Part shown: in pieces, positions 56,544 through 64,000 of the stretch | How the letters are laid out: each line of letters starts with the position of its first letter | How positions within the stretch are numbered: the stretch's first letter is position 1 | NCBI GenBank assembly: GCA_021108075.1 | Contig: JAIORP010000012.1 | Span: 6,539 to 70,538 of the forward strand | DNA: 64,000 nucleotides | Origin: Candidatus Omnitrophota bacterium | GTDB lineage: Bacteria; Omnitrophota; Gorgyraeia; Zapsychrales; Zapsychraceae | Direction of reading: 5' to 3' | The notes under the pieces: model-generated | Told to the model about the DNA's origin: nothing | What the model saw: only the letters and a program-made list of their open reading frames with translations | Databases searched by the model: none | Program-made: the position numbers and the translations under genes

Positions 56544-57046
56544 TATCGATGATTCAAGACAAAAGGGGGTTCATCAGGTGTCGGTCGTTTCACAACCCGG
56601 GCGGTTGTCTGCTCTTATATCCTCAGTATTTTTTAGAACGCATTATTAACAAAATTTATTTTGACTTTTTGGGGATAAGTACTATTTTAAGGGAAAAGGT
56701 TAAAGTCTTAATAATATGGAGCAGCGTATTATTGAGGGATGATTGTTCGGGGAAAATGATAATCCTTATCATGTTCAATTTGTGTCCTGGATTTTCAGGT
56801 TGCCGCTTGACTGGCGGAAATGTCGGTAAGGCGCGGAGTTATCCTTTTCCTTTTCAGGCGTCTCGCGGGCGGTCACGGACGCTTCAGAAGAGATGGAGTA
56901 TGTGGCCACGAAGTCAAAATAATTGCTGGACCGGGTTGAAGAAAAAATTGTTGATGGATCATCGTTTAAGGTTTTTTGACCCATTGGCAGGCAAATGTTC
57001 CACCTTCCGGAGGCAGGTTTAATAGATTTAAAGAAAGGGATCATGC

Positions 57047-57361
57047 ATGTTTATTTTAGGTAATTTTATTGGTTCAATTGGTTTTATCCTGGGTGTTATT
57101 TTGAACATTTTAAAATGGCTTGTCATTATCCGGGCTTTGATTAGCTGGGTTAACCCCGATCCCTTAAATCCGGTTGTCCAATTTTTAAGGCGCGCGACCG
57201 ACCCGATCCTTATTCCCATCCGCAACCGGATGCCGGTTACGGGGGGATTTGACCTCTCGCCTTTAGTCGCCTTGCTTATTATTCTTTTTCTGGACATTTT
57301 TTTGGTGAATACGATTTATGCCGTAGCGAATTCGTTAGGGGCAACCATCTATTTCAGGTGA
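57047..57361 (+). CDS. yggT: YggT family membrane protein
   Basis: LISWVNPDPLNP, TDPILIPIR, FDLSP. Confidence 0.92.
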   Translation: MFILGNFIGSIGFILGVILNILKWLVIIRALISWVNPDPLNPVVQFLRRATDPILIPIRNRMPVTGGFDLSPLVALLIILFLDIFLVNTIYAVANSLGATIYFR

Positions 57362-57476
57362 TTTTGATAAAATAAATTAATTCTTGAAATATTTTTCATG
57401 AAGGTATATGATTGAACATCTTATTAAACAAAGAAAATAGAACTCATAAATGACAGAAAGGTTTAAGGTGTAGCGT

Positions 57477-57770
57477 ATGTTTGATAAAATGAAGCAACTG
57501 ATGGATATGAAGAAACAAGCGGACCGTTTAAAGAAAGAATTGGATGGAATTACGACTGAAGTTTCAGAAGTTCGTGGCATTACAATTGTTATTAACGGGT
57601 CGCAGAATTTTAAGTCCATTGAAGTTGATGAGTCATTATTACAGGCCGGCAATAAAAAAGGCTTTGAAGCGGATATGCTTAGGAGCATGAATGCTGCGAT
57701 TAAGAAGTCTCAGGAGTTAGCGGCAAAAAAGATGCGGGAATCAATGCCGGCAGGCTTTCCAGGTCTTTAA
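57477..57770 (+). CDS. YbaB/EbfC nucleoid-associated protein
   Basis: Coiled N-terminus, ITIVINGSQ..SIEVD, NAAIKK, PGL tail. Confidence 0.85.
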   Translation: MFDKMKQLMDMKKQADRLKKELDGITTEVSEVRGITIVINGSQNFKSIEVDESLLQAGNKKGFEADMLRSMNAAIKKSQELAAKKMRESMPAGFPGL

Positions 57771-57824
57771 TCATAGATTCAGTAAGAGCAATGTATTATT
57801 AATATTAATTTTGAGGAGGAAGAA

Positions 57825-58058
57825 ATGCCATACGACCAATCATTAGATGTTGATTGTTTTAAGGAAGTTAAAGAATTTGAGGATACACGCATTACGGTTG
57901 GTGTCTTTTCATATAATGAAGGGCCAAAAAAATTACAGTTATCCCGGGAAAATAGAGGTCAGACCGGAGAATGGCGTTTTGCCAAATTAGGCCGGATGAC
58001 AAAGGATGAAGCAAAAGAAATTATGCCTGTCATTATGAAAGCTGTAGAAAATATGTAA
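57825..58058 (+). CDS. Small hypothetical protein
   Basis: Strong GAGGAGG RBS and a downstream terminator. Confidence 0.75.
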   Translation: MPYDQSLDVDCFKEVKEFEDTRITVGVFSYNEGPKKLQLSRENRGQTGEWRFAKLGRMTKDEAKEIMPVIMKAVENM

Positions 58059-58073
58059 ATGAATTTTATCCTG

Positions 58074-58113
58074 GAAAGGCTACTTTTATTTTAAAAGTAG
58101 CCTTTCTTTTTTT
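58074..58113 (+). terminator. Rho-independent terminator
   Basis: GAAAGGCTACTTTTA-TTT-TAAAAGTAGCCTTTC followed by T7. Confidence 0.75.
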
Positions 58114-58127
58114 AACAAGGAGGAAAT

Positions 58128-58601
58128 ATGGCTGATGATATTTATTTGACCAGAGAGGGAAATGAAAAAATGTATCAAGCCTTACAGGATCTCAAAACAG
58201 AGCGGGGAAAAATAGCTAAAGCCATTGAAGAGGCCCGTTTGCAGGGTGATTTATCAGAGAACGCTGAATACGATGCCGCCAAAGAGGCCCAGGGGCATAA
58301 TAATGCCCGCGTTCAAGATTTGGAAGACAAGTTGTCACGCGTCCGTGTTATTGAAGACGTGGATATCCCCGGAGACCGGATTTACATCGGCGCGATTGCT
58401 AAATTGCTGGACAGGCAATCAAATGAAGAAGTTGTTTATCAACTGCTATCTGAAGAAGAATCCAACTATGAAGAGAATAAGATTTCTATTTATTCTCCGA
58501 TCGGTAAAGCCCTGATGGGGAAAGCTGAAGGGGAAGAAGTGACCGCTCATGTGCCGGCCGGCATATTAAAGTACAAGGTCTTAAAGATTGACCGCCCATA
58601 G
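58128..58601 (+). CDS. greA: Transcription elongation factor GreA
   Basis: GDLSENAEYDAAKE, ISIYSPIGKAL. Confidence 0.97.
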   Translation: MADDIYLTREGNEKMYQALQDLKTERGKIAKAIEEARLQGDLSENAEYDAAKEAQGHNNARVQDLEDKLSRVRVIEDVDIPGDRIYIGAIAKLLDRQSNEEVVYQLLSEEESNYEENKISIYSPIGKALMGKAEGEEVTAHVPAGILKYKVLKIDRP

Positions 58602-58723
58602 TTTTTTTGTCGTTTTTTGCGAGTTCATTGTCCCGGGATATTTTGATCGCGTAGGATATAGGATTGAATATTATTTCGAAACGTTCAGTTTGGATGAAGA
58701 CAGGGGTTCAAAAAGAAATGACA

Positions 58724-60088
58724 CTACTCCATTCGTTCCCTCCAGAAGGAATAAAAACACCAAAAAGTAATGATCGGTAATAAGGACAGTTCAATCCGGT
58801 TAAAAGAGACCGACAACCACCACTCGATCTTGAAGTGCGTGTTAACATAGTAGTACATTGTGACGATGCCGATATAGCTGAGCAGGAACAATGGAATGAC
58901 GAGGGTCTCGCTCCTGAAGATTTTTTTTCCGCTTAACAAGAGTCCGAAGATAATGACAATCCAAAGACCATTCCATCCCTGTTTCCCCACTTTAAATATT
59001 TCATGGAAGTAAAAGGAGAGGATTGTTTGCAGCCTCGGCCATGTTGAGGGATTTGTCTGAGATGTCAGTCCGTTGGTCATCGTGATGTTGTCAGGGGCAT
59101 AAAAATATTTAAAAACAAACGGAATGATGGAAAATAGAAACAGGGAACCGAAAAAGAAGCGTAAGCATTTCGGCCGGTCAAATTTTTGGATGGTTTTCCA
59201 GAGGATACCGGGGATGATGATCAAGAGGATCCCTGTCGCGACATAACCTTCCGGTTTCACAAAACTCAGGAAACCTAAGAAAGCGCCGGTTAACAACAGA
59301 TACCGGGGATTATGATGGCGTATGTTTAAAATGAAGCAAAGCATGCCGGCAAACAGATAAAAGCTGAGGACGATATCGGCATACTGGGCACTACTCAGGG
59401 TGAGAAAATAGGGTTGCAGAAAAAACAGAAAAACAACCAGACTTGACCAATATGACCGCGTCAGATCTTTCAGGGCGGAAAATATGAGGCCGATAGTTAT
59501 GAGATTGAAAATGACGGTGGTTATTTGTGTTGTTGTATGTGTGGGGCTGTGATGAAAGATCCAACCCCAAACATTGATTAAAGGCAAAAGCAATGGATAG
59601 TGCGGACTTGATCTCCAGAGGGTGGGGTGGAAGATGTTTTCCCAATAGACTCCTGCTTCAAATAAAAATTTTGCCTTAAAGTTCCAAACGCTCCAGGCGT
59701 CCCAACCTCCGTAAGGGTGGATGTGGATGTTTAATAATACCGTGCCGGACATTATCAGCAATAACGTTAAACCGATGACGTCATCTTTTGTGATGGGTGC
59801 GAGGGTCCAGAAAGGAATACGGAGTTTACGGCAACGGTAAATAAGAGCGGCTAAAATAGCCCCGAGAAATGTCATGTGCAGGATGATGACAAGATTTTTA
59901 TTCAGTTGCCAGATAAAAAGGTAACTGAGGAATGTCAGATAGGAACTGATTCCAAGGCCTAATCCCCCGCCCAAGCAGAACGCTGTTAAAAAGGATATTT
60001 GCGGGCGTTTCTGAAAGATTAAATTTAGCAGGCCTAGACCTATCATAAAGGATAGGAGAAAAGGCGTTATCGTTTTTAATAATACCAT
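58724..60088 (-). CDS. Polytopic membrane protein, GT-C glycosyltransferase-like
   Basis: About 12 TMs; GWDAWSVWNFKAK loop, HYPLLLP, YAD, VKPEG. Confidence 0.65.
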   Translation of the reverse strand: MVLLKTITPFLLSFMIGLGLLNLIFQKRPQISFLTAFCLGGGLGLGISSYLTFLSYLFIWQLNKNLVIILHMTFLGAILAALIYRCRKLRIPFWTLAPITKDDVIGLTLLLIMSGTVLLNIHIHPYGGWDAWSVWNFKAKFLFEAGVYWENIFHPTLWRSSPHYPLLLPLINVWGWIFHHSPTHTTTQITTVIFNLITIGLIFSALKDLTRSYWSSLVVFLFFLQPYFLTLSSAQYADIVLSFYLFAGMLCFILNIRHHNPRYLLLTGAFLGFLSFVKPEGYVATGILLIIIPGILWKTIQKFDRPKCLRFFFGSLFLFSIIPFVFKYFYAPDNITMTNGLTSQTNPSTWPRLQTILSFYFHEIFKVGKQGWNGLWIVIIFGLLLSGKKIFRSETLVIPLFLLSYIGIVTMYYYVNTHFKIEWWLSVSFNRIELSLLPIITFWCFYSFWRERME

Positions 60089-60510
60089 GGTTTCTTTTCA
60101 GCCAATATAATGTTTAAGCTGTTTTTAACGTGCGGTGTTGCCCTGATTTTATTGATAATCGCGAGAGCTTTTTCGTCAGAGTTATAGGCAAAAAAGATAT
60201 AGTTATGATTTAAGCTATTGGGCACTAGAATAATAGGGGCTAATTCATATTGGGCTTGAGTGAAAATAGCGTTATGATAGGGTTCGTTAAGATTTTTGTC
60301 GGTGCAGTACCCGATAAATTGGTTCTTTTTTAGTCTGTCCTTAACTTCTGTGAAATAATGAGCATAGAACTGGTAGGGCCCCCTGGCGCGTTTATTTAAA
60401 GATACCTTAAGGTGCGGGATCAGATAAAAGAGGTTCACCGCGATACAGATGAAAATAACAATAATAAATGCCGTTTGCTTGTATCGAACTGTCCGGGGAT
60501 TTTTGTTCAT
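60076..60510 (-). CDS. Hypothetical membrane-anchored protein
   Basis: N-terminal TM; overlaps the start of the downstream gene. Confidence 0.65.
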   Translation of the reverse strand: MNKNPRTVRYKQTAFIIVIFICIAVNLFYLIPHLKVSLNKRARGPYQFYAHYFTEVKDRLKKNQFIGYCTDKNLNEPYHNAIFTQAQYELAPIILVPNSLNHNYIFFAYNSDEKALAIINKIRATPHVKNSLNIILAEKKPWYY

Positions 60511-61112
60511 TATGATTCCGTTATTTGATGAGATCTTCAGTCAGGGTGTCGGGAAAGGATCAAATCCTGGCTTTTGTTTAAGTTTAAATCATTGTTTAGA
60601 CTCTACTTTATTATCAGAAAAATTTTGATATACTAATATGACGTTAACCGGTAAACAAGAAGGATGGGCAGATTTCAATAGAACTTTAAAAGCAAGGCCA
60701 CGTCGCAACTGTTTTTATTTAAATAAACATTTCCATTGTACTATAAAGAGAATCTATTGCCAATAGGAGCATCACAAAGTTATAAAAAAAATGATTAGCT
60801 GATTTGCGGACATAGGTTTGTGCGCCGACCGGGGGACATGAATTCGCCGTTTAACCCGGATTTTTCAATAGAAGAGGTAATCCGGCTTGAACCGCTGCTT
60901 TTCTCGTCAGTAATTGAGGAAGCAGACGATTTTGTAATAAAACCTTTTTTTCCCGTCCGTTTATGTCGAGAAAAAGATTCTATTGCAAAATTTCGGTTTA
61001 TTCATGCCTGTCTGTTTTGTTTCAAAAGTCATCAATGATGACATGTTGTTTTGTTCAATTTTATCAAATAAATCATTTTTGTCATTTGCAATCTCAGACC
61101 ATAGGAGTAAAT

Positions 61113-62126
61113 ATGATTAATGTTGGAATCATCGGTTGTGGCCATTGGGGGCCAAACCATATCAGGATTTTTTCTCAATTACCAAACACGTGTAGTTTGA
61201 TGTGTGCTGATTTAGAACCGAAAAGATTAGGTTTTGTGAAGTCGTTATTCCCGGATATTCAAACAACACAGGACTATAAAGAGATGTTAACGAATGCTGA
61301 CATTGATGCTGTTTGTATCGCGTCTCCGACCAAAACGCATTATGAAATTGCCCTTCAGGCCCTTGCTCAGGGCAAACATGTTCTTTGTGAAAAACCATTA
61401 ACTCTTAAACCGGAAGAAAGCCTTAAATTGAAGGATTTCGCCGAAGAAAAAGGACTTGTTTTAATGGTCGGCCATATTTTTTTGTTTAATTCCGGAATAA
61501 GATGGTTGAAGGAATACATCAAGTCCGGGGCTTTGGGCCAGGTCTATTACGCCTATGCAACGAGGACGAATTTAGGTCCATTCCGTTATGATGTCAATGC
61601 GTTGTGGGACTTAGCCCCTCATGACATTTCCATTTTTAATTACCTGTTCGATTCCTGCCCGACCACTGTTGCCGCTACAGGGCATAAATTTATTGGCGAC
61701 ACGCATGATGATGTGACGTTTGCGACATTGTCTTATCCCAATAACATCGCTGCAAATGTGCATGTCAGTTGGCTTGACCCGAAGAAAGTCCGTCAGATGA
61801 CGATTGTCGGCGATCAACAAATGGTTGTTTGGGACGATTTAGATAATTTAGGACCGATTAAAGTATACGATAAACATGTTGAGAAGACGTCAACCTATTA
61901 CGAGACATATGGCGAGTTTCAACTGTTGTCACGGGAAGGAAGCATCACGATTCCGAAGATTGCTTCCAGCGAACCGTTAAAAGCTCAGGGGCAATATTTT
62001 ATCAACTGTGTTGAGGAGAATCAATATCCCGCGTTGACGGATGCCCAAAAAGGGATGGAAGTGGTCCGGGTTTTATGCGCGATCGATGAGTCCGTTAAGA
62101 ACAAAGGGGCGTGTATAAATATTTAA
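61113..62126 (+). CDS. Gfo/Idh/MocA oxidoreductase (nucleotide-sugar dehydrogenase-like)
   Basis: AGGAG RBS; GIIGCGHWG, HVLCEKP, DLAPHD. Confidence 0.9.
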   Translation: MINVGIIGCGHWGPNHIRIFSQLPNTCSLMCADLEPKRLGFVKSLFPDIQTTQDYKEMLTNADIDAVCIASPTKTHYEIALQALAQGKHVLCEKPLTLKPEESLKLKDFAEEKGLVLMVGHIFLFNSGIRWLKEYIKSGALGQVYYAYATRTNLGPFRYDVNALWDLAPHDISIFNYLFDSCPTTVAATGHKFIGDTHDDVTFATLSYPNNIAANVHVSWLDPKKVRQMTIVGDQQMVVWDDLDNLGPIKVYDKHVEKTSTYYETYGEFQLLSREGSITIPKIASSEPLKAQGQYFINCVEENQYPALTDAQKGMEVVRVLCAIDESVKNKGACINI

Positions 62127-62201
62127 GGCGGGTTAGTTTTTTTTAGGTCATTCATCGCCTGAGCGCTTGCCGGCGTATGGCGGTATAAGACAGGAGTTCT
62201 T

Positions 62202-62759
62202 ATGAGTTTTTTTAAACATGAACTGGCTACGGTTTCTTTAGAAGCGGATATTGGTGAAGGAACACGCATATGGGCTCGCACCAATATTCAGTCCGGAGCG
62301 AAAATCGGACAGCATTGCAATATTTGTGATGGGACTTTTGTTGAAAAAGGGGCGATCATTGGTGACCATGTGACCGTTAAACATAATGTTTCCGTGTTTA
62401 ACGGCGTTGTCATTGGTGATGATGTTTTTATCGGCTCCAATATCGCTTTTATCAATGACCGCTATCCCCGCAGCCATCGGCAAGATGAATGGACGTTAGA
62501 AAAGACATGGATAAAGAAAGGGGCAACGTTAGGGGCGAATGTTACTATCCTTTGCGGTTTAACCGTTGGTGAATACGCCGTTGTCGGGGCTGGAAGCGTG
62601 GTGACTGGAGATGTTCCCGCTTATACGATTGTTTGTGGGAACCCCGCTCGAGAAAAAGGGTTTGCCTGTCAGTGTGGTCGGCCGTTAAATGATTATCTTA
62701 AATGTCATTGTGAAAAACAGTATTTTTTAACTGAGGAAGGAAGGATCGTTGAAAAATAA
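62202..62759 (+). CDS. Hexapeptide-repeat sugar N-acetyltransferase (WbpD/WlbB-like)
   Basis: Left-handed beta-helix repeats, FINDRYPRS, GAGSVV, GNPAR. Confidence 0.9.
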   Translation: MSFFKHELATVSLEADIGEGTRIWARTNIQSGAKIGQHCNICDGTFVEKGAIIGDHVTVKHNVSVFNGVVIGDDVFIGSNIAFINDRYPRSHRQDEWTLEKTWIKKGATLGANVTILCGLTVGEYAVVGAGSVVTGDVPAYTIVCGNPAREKGFACQCGRPLNDYLKCHCEKQYFLTEEGRIVEK

Positions 62760-63486
62760 CCGTATCTTGGTCACGCCGGTGGCGTACAATGAGTGCGTTA
62801 AGTTAAAAAATGTGATTGAACGTTTTCTGCTCAGTCCTGTTCGAAAAGATGTTGATTACATGGTCGTTGATGACGGATCGACGGACGGGACGTCTGAGCT
62901 TATTCAACAGTACTCAGACCAGGGTGTTATGCATTTGAAACATGAGCAGCGTCAGGGCGTGGGTTCGGCGATTCGGACCGCCATTAAATATGCCTGTGAA
63001 AATCATTATGAAATTTTGGTTATCATGGCTGGAAATGATAAAGACAATCCTGAAGAAATTCCGCAGCTCATTGATCCCATCCTTAAAGATAATTTTGACT
63101 TTGTCCAGGGATCACGTTATAAAGGGGGAAAAGGTATCGGTGGGGATATGCCTTTTTATAGAAAGATAGCGACCAGAATCCATCCCCTTCTCATGTCGGC
63201 ATTCACCGGGAAGAAACTGACGGACACGACTAATGGTTTTCGCGCTTTTCGCCTGGCGATATTTGAAGATAATCGCATTAATATTGACCAGGATTGGCTT
63301 GATAAGTATGAATTAGAACCCTATTTGTTGTTTAAGGCCATTGCATTAAACTACCGTTTTACAGAAGCATTTGTGACGAAGATATATCCTCCTAAGAAAT
63401 TAGGCTATACGAAGATGAAACCCCTGATCGGTTGGTGGAGCATCTTACGCCCGGTCTTTTATTTAGGCTTTAGATTAAAGAAATAG
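62749..63486 (+). CDS. Glycosyltransferase family 2 (DPM synthase-like)
   Basis: AYNE, VVDDGSTDGT, VQGSRY, DTTNGFRA. Confidence 0.9.
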   Translation: MKNNRILVTPVAYNECVKLKNVIERFLLSPVRKDVDYMVVDDGSTDGTSELIQQYSDQGVMHLKHEQRQGVGSAIRTAIKYACENHYEILVIMAGNDKDNPEEIPQLIDPILKDNFDFVQGSRYKGGKGIGGDMPFYRKIATRIHPLLMSAFTGKKLTDTTNGFRAFRLAIFEDNRINIDQDWLDKYELEPYLLFKAIALNYRFTEAFVTKIYPPKKLGYTKMKPLIGWWSILRPVFYLGFRLKK

Positions 63487-63519
63487 GTGATATTAACAAT
63501 AATACAGGGGAAGAATATT

Positions 63520-63765
63520 ATGAAGAAGGGGGCCATATTAATTTTTTTATTGTTAGTTAGCACTCCGGGCTGTCAATATCTTGAAAATCCACGAACCTTA
63601 ATAAGAGACCCACACTTTGCTGAATATAAAAAACAACGGGATGAATTAGAACGCGAGTATTTACGAAAGGAAATCATGTACGATGATTATATTTTGCGGC
63701 GGGACGAGCTGGATAATATTTATTCAAAAGAGGTTCAAGAGCGCCAGGAAAAAATGAATTATTAG
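63520..63765 (+). CDS. Small putative lipoprotein
   Basis: MKK + hydrophobic stretch + TPGC lipobox-like motif. Confidence 0.6.
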   Translation: MKKGAILIFLLLVSTPGCQYLENPRTLIRDPHFAEYKKQRDELEREYLRKEIMYDDYILRRDELDNIYSKEVQERQEKMNY

Positions 63766-63830
63766 AAATCATTGAGTTAAACTTGCCATTGGAGGGATTA
63801 TTCCCTTGAATGCCGTCAGATGGATGTCAT

Positions 63831-64000
63831 ATGAAATTATACGGAAGAAATCCAGTTATTGAAAGGTTACGTTTTAACCCAAATAGCGTTATTAAAATTT
63901 ATTTGCAGGAAGGCTTGAGAAAGGCGGGATATATTCGGCAACGGGCAAAGAAGTTTGGAATTCCGCTTTTTACCGTGCCGAAGTCAAAAATTCAGAAGAT
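63831..64000 (+). CDS. TrmH/RlmB-family RNA methyltransferase, N-terminal part (runs off the window)
   Basis: MKLYGRNPVIERLRFNPNSVIKIYLQEG resembles the SpoU substrate-binding N-terminus. Confidence 0.6.
   Translation, partial: MKLYGRNPVIERLRFNPNSVIKIYLQEGLRKAGYIRQRAKKFGIPLFTVPKSKIQK

Noticed and set aside
56516-57044. ORFs 56516..57022 (+) and 56775..57044 (-)
   Set aside because: No recognisable motifs or RBS, and the first begins inside a repeat; probably spurious or decayed.
60820-61112. ORF 60820..61038 and the N-terminal extension of 60963..62126
   Set aside because: RBS and Rossmann motif support a start at 61113; the upstream sequence looks non-coding.

Overview
Bacterial chromosomal window from a likely anaerobe. 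Candidatus Omnitrophota/PVC is my guess from the giant modular proteins; this is inference, not a search result. Layout: (1) end of a CRISPR-Cas adaptation module (cas1, frameshifted cas2, cas4), a leader and a 48-repeat array; (2) a ~36-kb hydrogen-metabolism region with rex and its operator, a sensor kinase, a tetrameric electron-bifurcating-type [FeFe] hydrogenase whose HydC/NuoE subunit is fused to a receiver domain, hypAB, a HoxFUYH/W [NiFe] hydrogenase and hypFCDE; (3) a 4204-aa giant gene inside that region and a 1278-aa paralogue at 47.5 kb; (4) an orphan integron cassette with a HEPN-like gene and a dead REP-associated transposase; (5) housekeeping and surface-glycan genes. The main candidate for an undescribed system is the paralogue pair. 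Both have a signal peptide, the same ~350-aa N-terminal domain and the same ~70-aa 'GGIDL..IKRDG' C-terminal domain. Between these sit unrelated cytoplasm-type enzyme cargos (P-loop kinase, HAD phosphatase, GDP-hexose phosphorylase, methyltransferases, GNATs, Nudix, tandem diguanylate cyclases), delimited by a recurring D-x-A-M-L motif. This suggests an exported, possibly processed, polymorphic effector polyprotein. A ~100-bp MITE-like repeat occurs at least 8 times between genes.
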